Origin: Schmidtea polychroa
Taxonomy: Eukaryota
Direction: 5' to 3'
DNA: 64,000 bases
Assembly (NCBI GenBank): GCA_044892525.1
Contig: CM097885.1
Coordinates: forward strand, 122,078,001 to 122,142,000
Below are positions 13,901 through 26,164 of the stretch, piece by piece (the first letter of the stretch is position 1; the number at the start of each line of letters is the position of its first letter). Position numbers and translations under genes: made by a program. The notes beneath the pieces were generated by a model that ran no database searches, was not told the origin of the DNA, and saw only the letters and a list, made by a program, of their open reading frames with translations.

Positions 13901-14503
13901 GGTACTACTACCGTTTCATTTTCATAAATTTGATAACTTGCGATTTTCTTTGCTTGAGCGACTAACTCATTCATTGTTGACGCTGTTGACATCTTTAGTT
14001 GATTTCACAAATCACTTGGTAAGCTATTTACAAAAAATCGGGTTAGTAGATCACCTGAACATTCCAGCAGTCCCCTTAATTCATTTATATGGACATCCAA
14101 GTTATCACCCATTAATAACTTTTTCTGTAAAAGTTTCGTAAAAGCTTCTTGCTCGCTCATACTGAAGGTTTTCAATAATTCCTTCTTCAGCATACCAAAA
14201 TCCATTGTCGTGTTGCTTTTCTGTAACTGTTTGAAAATTGCATAAGATTGCCCTTCAAGTAAAAATGGCATTACATTCATGACATTTTTCACATTCTTGG
14301 CTTCCAAAATAATTTCGAGTTTGTCGAACCATTCTTCCACATCTCTATTTTTGCCATCGAATTTTCCAACATTTTCAATTATGATCTTGTTGATTTCCAT
14401 TGCCCGGATAGCTTGTAAGACTAAACGTTTTCAAATTCTATTTTTACCACATTTTCATAATATTAAAACAACATTAACTGTTTAATATTACATTATTCCT
14501 ACA
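10979..14503 (-). mobile_element. Complete compact Gypsy-order LTR retrotransposon (3.5 kb, 90-91 bp LTRs), ORFs decayed
   Basis: LTRs 10979-11069 and 14414-14503 (TG..CA; 3 substitutions + 1 indel); TSD gttat/gttac; PPT GGCGGGGA; gag 14400->13700, protease YLVDSGSTT, RT (PVFDLRSIN, LDLSDAY, SYIDDI), RNase H (VEDACWLR..HINLVELEA), integrase (LLDNY..GNEIIERSH). Confidence 0.92.
14402..14413 (-). promoter_or_regulatory. Putative primer-binding site complementary to tRNA-Lys(UUU) nt 1-12
   Basis: Plus strand reads GCCCGGATAGCT, abutting the 5' LTR with no gap; gag ATG begins 1 nt after it on the element strand. Confidence 0.75.
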
Positions 14504-15494
14504 GTTACTATACATTGAAAGAATTCATTCATAGATCTTAATCGAGAACAAGTATTATTGACAGCACAGAATAATATTATGGTAGCGGCAGATAAAATGA
14601 GATCAAGAGATGCAGATAAGAAAAGTCATCAGCATTTTGAGGTGGATCAAAGAGTACTAGTAAAAGTGGATCTACATAAGAGATCAAAACATGGTAATTT
14701 GTCCGAAGGTCCTGTAAAGATTCTTGGTTTTCCAACCGTACACAAAGTTGAACTGGAATAACCAGATGGGAAAAGATGCAGAAGAATTGAATGGTTGAAA
14801 GAGTATCACAGTTCTTAAAGAAGGAGAGAGTGATGATATTTAGACTGCTATTTTGTTTAAATATTCAGATTATATATTAAATATATTATTTGGAAATAGC
14901 GTGTAAGATTTAATGAATATTAATGGAAATGTTACTATGGCTCAATTGATGATGGGATAATGATTCAAGAAATAAGTAGGGAAAATTAAATTCATAAACA
15001 TTCAAATTTGTTCGTCCAATTGAAAGCTTTGAGAACGGTTATGAAATTTTATATCAGATCGCCTTCGAAAAATAATTTTTATAAGAAAAAATAAAATCCC
15101 ATCATGGTAAAAGAAAAATTAGAATTATTTAAAAAAATCAAATTATAAATTGCCGTATAATCTAATGATAAGCAGTTGAGACTAAAAATTGAGTTATGGT
15201 TTTCAAATGTTTAACTTTATTTTTTATTAGTGTTTTTGATTTAATATAGTGAAATATTTTCGATAAATTAAAAACATTTTCTTTTTACTTTATTTATTAA
15301 ATAATTTTTTATTTATGGAAATTTACCGGTTTCAGGAAAACGCAGGTAATACAGGAATTGTCAGTCGTCAATTTTGTGTAAAAATGTGTTTCAAGGTTAA
15401 ATTCTGGGGTGTTCCAAATGCTTTAAATGGCTTACTGCAATTCTTTCATTGTTGGTTAATGCAGTGCGGTAAAATTACTTGCTTCATCCTAGAC

Positions 15495-16565
15495 CAGTGG
15501 TTTCTAACCCGGGAGGCGCGGTCTATGGCTAGGGGAAGCGCCAAAACTTTTAGGTAAAAAAATAATTTTCGTACCATAATATCTACAAATAAATAAAACT
15601 TCATATTGTAACGAAACTGTAAAAATTCAGTGAATAAATACTTATTTTTATTTTTATTACATTTCTATACATACATTTAATTCGTATAAAGAAATTATCC
15701 GAAGAGGAAGATTTTAAAATTGGCGCCTTTGCAACGCTCTGTTTCGGATTTTTTTTAGTAAAGAAGTTTTAATTATTACAATGGACTAAAAACCAGTTAA
15801 GCCCCCGAAAATCTTTTGTTTTTTAAGACTTTCTTTACTTCCGCCATATATGGCGACCATACCCGTCAAGGGCTCTGGTTCTGGGTGGTATTACTTTGTT
15901 AGATGAGCCTATATTAAGTTACCAGTGTGACGGCATCATAATACGCGCGTGACTAACGAATCACGATTCGCCCCCGCCTAAGAGCACCCCACCGCTTACC
16001 GCTTTCGTGGGAATTTTATTTACTCCTTCCTCTCGCCCAACCAATCCCCCGCTCTGTTTCGGTAATGCACAAAACGCCCGCTAGTTGCACGAAACAATAA
16101 CCTCAAATTTATACGTCAGTCGTCGCAAAAGTGTCAACTGAAGCGAATTGGCGGGGTGTGATATTGTTATTATCGTGATTTATTTCTGAAAATAATCGTT
16201 AGTATATTTTCATATTTATATTTAATTATTATTTATTTTAAGTTATATCAATATAATATTTAAAGACAAATGGATAAACATTTGAGTGGATATAAGAGAA
16301 AAGTCGACAATAATGAAGATAATGATGTTAATACAAGTGGGAATAACATGAAAAAAGAAGGAGGTAAAACTCCCAAGAAAAGACAATACTGTTCATCATA
16401 TTTATCGTTAGGATTTACAAGTGTTGTTATAGATGATTCGGAAAAACCAATGTGTTTGTTGTGTTTGAAAGTCTTGAGACCAGTAAAATTAAAACGGCAT
16501 CATGAAACTCTACACCATGAATATGTTAACAAGCCCATAGAATTTTTTCAAAGAAAATTGCACAC
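15495..16565 (+). mobile_element. hAT (Buster/Charlie-type) 5' fragment with BED zinc finger
   Basis: TIR-like CAGTGGTTTCTAAC after ..CTAGAC; ORF 16270 has RQYCSSYLSLGF..KPMCLLC..KLKRHHETLH..KPIEFFQRK; truncated. Confidence 0.85.
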
Positions 16566-17209
16566 AATATTTATTATATATGTATATGGTTTTTTATGTT
16601 TTTCTGTTATGTGGTTATATATTTAACGATAATAAAGCATATTTTCTATGAAGTAAAGAAATCGGTTATACAAACCGTCCTCAGAGTAAATAACAAATGA
16701 TGGATCTAATTGCTCTCAGCACTGTGTAATAAAACTTGGATAAAGAAAGAGGGAGTTTCCCAAAGTTTACGCTATCGATTAGATCAAGGGTGATCTAACG
16801 TTTCCTAAATTAAATCCCTCTGAAATTTTATTTCAACGAGCAAGACAAACAGAAACGTAGCTTCTCGTGGTCGGGAGTGATTATAAATTAATTAACTACC
16901 ACAGTGGTATTTACCTTTATTGGTATTCATTTTATTCGCTTGACAAGTTAGCAAGTTAACTGCTACTGCAAGTTTTCTCTAATTTTCTTCTAATCTAATT
17001 TGGGTTTTATACAAATTATTTTGGTAACAGCTGTTTTTAATCGCCTCTTTAATTTTCTTTACTAGTTCTCTGGTCTGTCTTTTAATCGCAGTTGTTGCAC
17101 GACAGCTGTTAAATGCGTTCTGTTTGAATGCTTAAGCACAGATCGATATTTATTTCGGAATTTTTCCAAAACAACTCAATCCTATTTATATGAATTATTT
17201 TTGTATTAT

Positions 17210-17390
17210 NNNNNNNNNNNNNNNNNNNNNNNNNNNNNNNNNNNNNNNNNNNNNNNNNNNNNNNNNNNNNNNNNNNNNNNNNNNNNNNNNNNNNNNNNNN
17301 NNNNNNNNNNNNNNNNNNNNNNNNNNNNNNNNNNNNNNNNNNNNNNNNNNNNNNNNNNNNNNNNNNNNNNNNNNNNNNNNNNNNNNNNNT
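17210..17390. other. Assembly gap (N run)
   Basis: 181 N bases. Confidence 1.
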
Positions 17391-18985
17391 AATTATTTAA
17401 TTATTTAGAATAATTGTTCGTTTTATTTAATTATTTATACTTATTATTATTATAATTATAATCCTAACCTCTATATGGCTATTGAAATTGCTGCCTGAGC
17501 GAGGCCAACCCCAACACTTGAACTAAAGGATATATTCTTTGGAGTAATATTTAGAAAGAAACCTAAAGTAAGGGAGAATCAAGACACAGCTGTGAATAGT
17601 TCTGTGAATAGATTGAAGAATGGGATTAATCAAATAAATGAAAATTACTCAAAGGCAAAAAATGAATGGTAACAAAAATTAATGTGAATACAAAAGTAGG
17701 GGTAGGAGATTAAACTATTGTTTCGGAAAACAGATGAGGGGTTTGGATACGAAATGTTTGCACCCATATGAGATTGTAGGACTAAATGAATTTACAATGA
17801 AGCTTAAAATAGAAACGGATGAAAAAATAATTCAGAGTAGATCAGATGACGTTCTGGCGAAAAAGAATAGTTGAGGACAAGTGCGAGAATTAGAAAGCAA
17901 AAAAAACAACCACAATAAACTAATGAGAATAAATATACAAAAAAGTCAACTCGCTAAAATATTCAAGAAAACAAAATAGAAAGAAAGAATCGGTACATTT
18001 CGGGTACCATGGATCAGAAATAAATGAAAGGAAGACTAAAAACATGAATTGCAAGTGAAATAAATATTGCAATTAAAAATACAGTTTTTTAAATAATTGA
18101 ATTTAATACAAATTAGTTAACAATTTATGGATTAATAATTATTTGTAGATAGATTTAATATTTAGTTGTACATGTCAGCACATATACAAATAATAAATTT
18201 TACAAGTTTTACGCACGAAAGCTATAATAAACAGAAATTTAGATAGAGAATTTCGTAAGGAAATAATAAGCCAGGATAGGAACAAGAATTATCAACATTT
18301 CAATTACATATTTGGAAGTCTAAATATATTACTATCTGTACTTTAAATGTGAACCGTATAATTACTTTTAATAACAGTATGATCAGTTATCAATAATTAA
18401 GATTATTATATGATAAAATGGGCAATTTCTGTGTAGCGGTAACATTTAAAATATTAGCTGTTTTATCGTTATCTTGTATTAATTGTCAGAACTGTATAAA
18501 AATGCCTCTCCAATATATCAACAAATATTAAGGATATTTCATATTAGATGCGTAAGGGGAAATATATTCATTGAATAATAAGGATAATTAGCCACAAACG
18601 ATTAGCAGACATTCATTTTTCAATGTAGATAAAATGTGACTAACTAATTAAATTCAGACATTCATAATTTATGATGACCACATCTAAGTCTTAAATGAAA
18701 ATAAAATTACAGACTTAAAATATTAATCTAAGCCATGTAAAGATAGATATTAATAGAACAGGATCTTTTTCAATTACAGATCTAATATTGAAAATATTAT
18801 ATACAATTTGCTTGTAATGTATCAAAATATTACCGCCAAAAAAAGTAGTATATGAAACCACAAGAGTAATCAACTTTGGAACTGTAACGAATGGGTGAGT
18901 GGTATATGCGAGAACTGAGCTTACCTTTGTACGCTATAATCAGTAAGCATTCAAACGGGTTTTCCGACTGTCAATAGAAGGCCAG

Positions 18986-19768
18986 TGTAATGTATAGTTA
19001 TATTCTATTTTTTTATTAAAAAACAAGGTTACGCAACGCCTAGTCATTTCGTTTGGCGCGTGTCGCGTTCTAAAATAAAAGAAACTATATAGCGATAATT
19101 TACTATGGTAAATTATCGCTATACAAATATTAAACAACAAAAATAAAAAATCAATAAAAGAATTTTAAAAAATTATTGGGAAGCTGAAATTACAATTTAT
19201 AGAATATTAGAAGCAAGTCCAGAAAAATTCTAAAAGAAAGTCAAAAGGATAATCAAATTTAAAAACGTATGTTACTATAGTGAAGACGAACAAAAATCAG
19301 AAAAGAACAATAGAATATCAAAGGAAATAAAAGAAAATAGAAGAAGCAATAAGAATAAAACTTATAAAGAATAAAGAATTCCGAAGAAATAGAAGTAGTA
19401 ATAAGAACAAAACTTATAAAGAATAAAAGAAAATCGAAAGAGTTATTAAATTAGAGTTTAAAGACTGAAATCGAGACCAGACTAGAGTATTTCTAATTTA
19501 TCTTTGTCCGGTACTTACAGGTCTTTAATTATTATTTCTTGAAAAATATTTTATGTTCGATAATTGTGATTGTTAATTTATTATCAATTTTGTGTATAAA
19601 CACATATATATATATATATATATATTCAAACACACATTCATCCCAGCTGTCCCGAGACTGTCTTTTTAAAGGTGACTCGGCTGGGCACTACATTATTTCT
19701 CTTTTACATAGTAAAAAACCACATACTATTTATATATAGACTAAAACATATTAGATAGATTAATAACA
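18986..19768 (+). mobile_element. Family-A Gypsy LTR (probably solo)
   Basis: TGTAATGTATAG start, palindrome 19088-19123, internal ~55-bp duplication, hairpin 19642-19685, ATAACA end; flanks ccag/tcag only partly match. Confidence 0.8.
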
Positions 19769-21320
19769 TCAGATATATACTTAGATTAGGTTTTGTGCTC
19801 CAATGGAGCAATCTCGAGAGACCCACTAGATCTCACACATTATACTATCATGTGGTTTGATATTAACCATGAGGAAATCTTTCGCTATTGCACACTTTTA
19901 TTTCTAAAAGGTACACAATACTAAATTAACTGTTAGGAATATGTGTGTATAAGAACGATTTGAGTGCTCAAAGATTCGAGCTTGCCCGGATTGTTGGGTT
20001 TTTAAAGTTTGTCCATGGTGAGACCCGTAAGAGGTTTTGAAGTGAGCTGGAAGTCTAGACTCTGCGGTCGAGCTGCTGAGTCCTCCAACACTTGTTCCAT
20101 CAGATGTTGGTCGATAATGATCTGATTTTCTCGAGCTCTCTATTGTTTTTGCTAGACATTTAGGACCCGTATTTCCAGACTGTAACGTTTCAAGTTGTCG
20201 GAGACATTTTCGCAAATGTGTCGGGACTGAACTACGTTTTTTCCATTTTCGGATTTGTTCCTTGAGTACCTCGGCACGTTTGCGGAAAACTTCTACCAGT
20301 CGTAAGAGATCCTCCCGATCGGCTCGTATTCTTTCCAAATACTTTTCCACTAGAAATAAATGAAAATGCTTATAAATATCTTATGATCACATGTTCCAAT
20401 TAAGTACAGAAACGGGTTTAATTTTAACTGAAAACTTATCATCAGTAAAATGAGGTTTGTTGTCCCCCTCCTGACGGAAAAATCAATGAGTTTTTCTAAT
20501 TGTTTCATCGCTAATTTTATCCTATTTCATTCCTAATTGCATCATTCACCCCAATCACGACCACTACAATATCACAATCTACTCAATCATACAAGCACAA
20601 TAAGGGATTTAAAATTCAAAAACCTTTTATTCTAAAATAAACAAGAAAACAAACGATAAGTATCTAGGGCCTCATAGCGACATAGCGAACAGCAAAGTCT
20701 TAATAATTATGTTGGGCTTCCGCGCTTTCATTGATGTTCCTCCAGTCTCCGAGAGGACGTTACGGGGATCTCGATTTCCCGGATGTCACAGTGGGCGATA
20801 TCCGCCTGCCACTCCTCGTCCAAAAATTCCAAACACTCCCCGTCGGTGTTGGAAATGATCTTGCGTGATGTCAGTTTTAATTCGTCACAGCTTGTCTATT
20901 GCGATCCGGATCTTTGGAATCGCTTGGACCCGAGCCATCTGTGCCGAATTCAGGGCTGGCTCCCGCTTTAGGACCCCCACAGGGCAGTCATGATTCTCCG
21001 TGGAACTACTTGCATGGCCGGATTCCATAGATAGACTGTATGGTTCGATTCGATAGCTCGCTATCTTGGTCCAAATTCCTGCTGAAGAACTGTCGTCTGC
21101 TGAGGGCTCGTTCGTTCTGATGCTCTTTTGCGGTTTCCCCCACCAAGATGTAATGTTTTAGCCGATCTGAAAATAATGATAATTATGTCACATCTTTCAT
21201 CCTATGTTTTTACGATATCCCGGTTCTCCCCCGTTACGGCCATCCCTTGTTTTGACCGCCTCAGGTCATTCCTTGTCGCGCAAATGACCCAAGAGAATTT
21301 GGTACGACTAATTTAAAGCC
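19769..21320 (-). other. Unclassified GC-richer degenerate coding region (coiled-coil ORF 19904-20350 and broken ORFs upstream)
   Basis: GC content above flanks; weak peptide similarity to the ORFs at 50633-51480; no domain recognised. Confidence 0.4.
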
Positions 21321-21753
21321 TATGTATGTCTAATTTTCTTTGTATATTTTTATGTTGTTATTTTGTATGGTTTTATGTGTATTTTGTTTCTGTTTTTTTT
21401 ATATATTCAACCTGGATAAAACAAAATAAATATACAATTTACTCCATATTTACAAAGGAATCAATAAAAAACTGTACAATCAGCATTGTTTGTGTGTTTA
21501 TTTGTGTGCTTTATTTAAGGCAATTGCTGTATCGTTTTTTTTGTATAGGGGTGTGATTATTGTGTCTTTGTCAAATAGTTTGATTGAGTTTTTGTAGTTG
21601 AATGTGATGTTTTTGTGAATTGGTTGTGTTTTCGTTTGTGTTTGTATTTTGTTTTCTGGTGGGTTGTTTTGCAGGTTTTCGTTCAGGTGATAAGGTTTTA
21701 TTCGTCATGTTTATTTTTATTTTGTTGTTGTTTTTGATTATTGTGGCGACGTT

Positions 21754-21759
<6 letters not shown>

Positions 21760-21790
<31 letters not shown>

Positions 21791-22549
21791 AATTTTATTT
21801 TAAGTAAATCAATCTGGCACAAGGCCGAAGGGGAGAACGGTTCTCACCCTTAAATAAACTGAGATTTTTACGTTTATTCTCTTTGGATGCTGGAGTTAGG
21901 AACTCTGGCATCAAACATGGTTTTTTGGCTTGGTTTAGTATCGGTTAGGGGAGGCTTTCAGTCCAATCAGCTTATGCTTCCTGTCTAATAAGATTAAAAT
22001 ATCGGAGTAGGAAGACTCCATTTGTGATTTTTATAACGTTAATAGCTGATGTACTTATAATATAATAGAGATTGAAAGGATGTTGTAAAGTACCAAGGGT
22101 TTTAATATATTACAGATATGAGCACCTAAAAAAAAAGTATTATCCTATGAGCGGGGCCCCTACAAGGGCCCCTACATTTACACATAAGCCATATTAATCT
22201 ATTTATATTTATTTAAGTTTTAATAATGATTATTAGAAGGGGATAGAGTTATTAGTTGAGGCAAATAGCAGCGCATTAGTAATTAAATATTAAAAGTAAA
22301 AATATTAATAGTAAAATTATTAAAAGTAAAACCCCTAAATAGTTAATATTAATATAATAGTAAAATATTTGAGCTATATAAATACGCCTACACCTATATA
22401 CATATATATACATATATTAGTCATTGTTATAGGTATTTTCAATCCCTGGAGGAGACATATGAAAATCTAAGCAACTACGTATTTATCGTATTACGTTTAT
22501 AATAACCATAGTGTACAAATAAATATGGGTATGCATTGATATTATATAC

Positions 22550-22640
<91 letters not shown>

Positions 22641-23397
22641 CCTTAAGGGTGTGTTCTCTAAAGATATGATAGCTGCTTACTACCGCAGCTGTGCAAGCGT
22701 TTCTTGCCAGGCTTTTTATTTCAGTTTTGGAGAGACCTATTTTACTGAGAACTTGGTCGTTTTTGTTGTACCAAGAGCCTAGAGTACCTATTATCAAAGT
22801 AGACAATGTAGTTTTTACTTTATGAGTTTTTTCTATTTCGATTGCCAAATTGGCATATTTTCCGTAATTATCTGCATCCGCTTTTTTAAAATTTTCCCTT
22901 TGCTCGTAAGGTACTTTGATATCTACAATGTGGGTAATTTTATTTCTCGATGATCTGATGAGTAGGTCAGGTATTAAGGTAGTTTCGATTCCCTGTGGCG
23001 TGCGTTCGATGTCCATTTTGAATCCATAGTTAAGAAGAGATTGACATACCGCTTCTAGTACACGTGTATGCTTATTTCTTCTTGCATTTATTTTTGCAGG
23101 GCAGTGATTGAATACATGCGCCTGTGTCTCTGGGTGGGAATTGCATTGCCTACATAGAGTATTTTTTTTTGCCTTTAATCTATGTGGTGCATAGTTTAGT
23201 TTAAGGAGATTGTTCCTTGCTCTTAGAAGGAATAGGTATTGAACATCGGTTAGAGTGTCAGTTTTAACCAGGTAGTCAGCCACGCTACTATTGCATATGG
23301 ATTTAGCAATATGCCCTTGGCATTTGAGATTGATCCATTTTTCTGCATGGATTAAGCCTATTATTGAGTGGAGTTCTGATGATGTGTTGTTGAGATT
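21760..23397 (-). mobile_element. 5'-truncated RLE-type non-LTR retrotransposon (R2/NeSL/R4 group) inserted in the Gypsy integrase tail
   Basis: Open frame 23397->22636 with CCHC knuckle CRQC..ETQAHVFNHC and PD-(D/E)xK nuclease (IPDLLI..VDIKVPY); 8-bp TSD tttttgtt (21752-59, 23398-405) defined against Gypsy copy 2. Confidence 0.9.
22555..22636. repeat. (TA)n microsatellite
   Basis: About 40 units, starting at the stop codon of the RLE ORF. Confidence 0.98.
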
Positions 23398-26164
23398 TTT
23401 TTGTTGATTTCTAGGAGTTTGAATGAACCTTCTTATTTGGATTCAAAACCCTTTGTGAATGGTTTTTTTTATTAGAATGAAATCTGTTGTTAGTACTGTT
23501 TTTCCATCCACTTCAGAGTCCGGTCTCCTTTTGATTTCTGTTCGGTGGTTTCGCTATTTTTGTTTGTTATTTGTTTGATGTTTTCAGTGATTTTAGTTTT
23601 ATTTGATTTAAGTGATGGCGAATTTGTTGCTTTTTTAAAAACCGTGTATGCTGGACTTCTGTTATCTAATGAGTTTGGGCTATTTCTCAGTCCGATTAGT
23701 ATTGTGGGTAGTTGATTTAACCAGTTTTCATCATTGGCTTTTGTTCTGATGCTTTCTTTTAATGTTCTGTGAAACCGTTCAATTTTCCCGTTTGATTGTG
23801 GGTTGTAAGCTGTTGTTTGGTTCCTTTTGATGTTGTATTTGTTGCAGAGTATTTTGAACATTTCTGATTCGAACTGTCTGCCTTGGTCAGTTATGATTGT
23901 TTTCGGTTGGCCATAACGAGCTATCCAATTTAGTTCGATCCTTTCACAGATATTTTTTGCGCTGATTTCTTTTATTGGGATTACTTCGAACCAGTTGGAT
24001 TTCCTGTCTATAATTGTTAGCAGGTATTTGTAGTTGTCGTTTGGTGGTAGTGGTCCTACCACGTCTGTGTGTATCGTTTCAAAAACGTCGCTGCTTGGGA
24101 AGTTTACTTTTTGTGTTTTGAGTTTTTTTGTTGTTTTATTTAGTTGGCAGTTGTGACAACTCTTGATATCGTTTTTGATATCATTCCGCATGTTAGGCCA
24201 TATATAGTTGTTATGTATTAACTCGAATGTTACTTTGTTTCCCGGGTGATTAATCTTGTATATCTTTTCGATACAGCTTTGGCGGAATTCCTACGGGAGT
24301 AATATTCGTTTGTTGCTTTCGTTGGAGACGTCGTGCCATACTCCGTTGTGTTCTGTGTTTAGTGGAGAGTTTGTTAATTGTTTCGTTTTGTTTGGATTTG
24401 ATTTGATCCAATTCGATTATCTCTTCGAATTACAGGGAGTTTATGTCACTTTCGTTTCTTGATTGAGCGTCTGCTGCTATGTTTGATTTTCCCGCTACGT
24501 AGTTTATTGTGCAGTTGAATTGTGAAATGAAGTTGATTTGTTTTCATTCGATTGCGTTAGTTTGCGGTTTGTGATCTGTGAATATTTTGAAGTTTCGTCC
24601 TTCAATTAAATATTAGAAGTGTTTCGAATACTTTTTCGACGTCTTTTAGGTGTGTTTCTTTGTTTGTTATTAGGATGTCGTCCAGATAAGCTACTATGTT
24701 TTTGGAGTTTTTGAATGTTTGGTTCATAAATCGTTGGAAAGCGGCTGCGGCATTCCGTAAACAAAAGGCATTCTATTGTACTCGAACATACCTATCGATG
24801 TTGTTATTGCTGTCTTTTTTACGTCCTCTTTTTTAATTGGTATCTGGTGATATGCTTTTTGCAAATCTATTTTTGAAAAGAAGTATTTTGCACCATTTAT
24901 TCGGTTTATTATATCTTTTATTATAGGTAATGGATAGCTGTCTGGTTTTGTTATTTTGTTCAGTAGTCTGTAATCACCACAAGCTCTCCATTCGCCATTA
25001 GCCTTTTGTTTTAGCATCAGTGCTGAAGACCATTAAGAGTTTGAATGTCTGACTATGTTGTTTTCCAATAGTTCGTTAAAAATGTTTTTGTGATTTCTAT
25101 TTTTTCTGGATCTAGTGGTCTTACTTTTGCATGTACTGGATTTCCATTAGTAATGATGGCGTGTTCAGTTGAGTGGTTTGATATTCCGTCGAAAGTTACT
25201 GGAACGTGTTCAATTACTTTGATTGTTTTAATAATTGGTGTGTTTGTTTGTATCACGCCGATGTCTACTTTTGAAATGTTTGTCGTTTTAATCTTGCTGG
25301 TTTCCTTGTCTGATGTGATGTTTTCGATTAATTTTTTGTTTCTGCAATCCACTTTTAAGTTGTAGTGTGCTAAGAAATCAGCTCCTATTATTGATTGTTG
25401 TACCTCTGCGATTGTGAATGACCAGTTGTATTTTTGTGAATTTATTGTTAAGGTTGGTGTGTGTTGGTCGTATGTTTTATGCTGGAGCCATTTGCAGCTG
25501 TTAGTGATTTTTCTGTTGTTTATACGTTTTTGTAGATGTAGTGAGGTAGTAGTGATATTACAGAGCCTGTGTCAATTAGGAAATCAGTGTTATTTGTGTA
25601 CACCAAAAATGTATTGTTTTTGTTACTGAATGTGGGTGCTATCAACAAAGACTGTTTTAGTTTTCCTGTTCTATCTTATGAAATTCGCAGGGTTTTGTGC
25701 ATTTGTATGCTTTGTCTCAGAATTTGTTATGAAAGTAGCAGTGATTTTTGTTTATAAACTCGCTTCTTGGTTCTTTTTCTGGGCTATTGTTTCAATTTGG
25801 GGAGTTTGACCTGTTTCTGTAGTGATTGTTTGGGGATTTTCTGCGGCTGTAGTTCTGCCTGTTGTTTCCTTCAGATGATCGGTTATAGTTTTGTTTGTTA
25901 TGATTTTCTGATGGTTGGTTTGTGTTGAAATTGTTTCTGTTGAATAGATCTCTGTTTTCGTTTGGGTTGAAATTTTGCCTGTTGGTGAATTATGAGTTTA
26001 TGTCGCGTCTGTGTGCGTTCTCTGTTTGCATTTGACATTGGTTTTGTATGCGCACAAAGACGCGATCAGTGTAATTTTAAAGATTGATTATTATTTTAGT
26101 TTTTGGATTTCGCTGGAATTTGTGTGAATTTGATAGTTGTTTTAAAAATTGGTTTTCTGGAAGG

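Larger units (their letters stand above)
10048..14935 (+). mobile_element. Internally deleted Gypsy element with ~105-bp LTRs (only integrase remnants), host of the nested element
   Basis: Direct repeats TGATGATA.. at 10048-10153 and 14831-14935; degenerate tRNA-Trp-type PBS TGGTGACCACGCCG at 10154; PPT AAGAAGGAGAGAG before 14831; integrase pieces HKELCHL, YFYW, YDHGSNRLTER and 14558-14761. No TSD found. Confidence 0.7.

Noticed and set aside
17190-17408. ORFs spanning the N gap and (TA)n-derived ORFs such as 36403-36588
   Set aside because: Artefacts of unknown bases or microsatellites.
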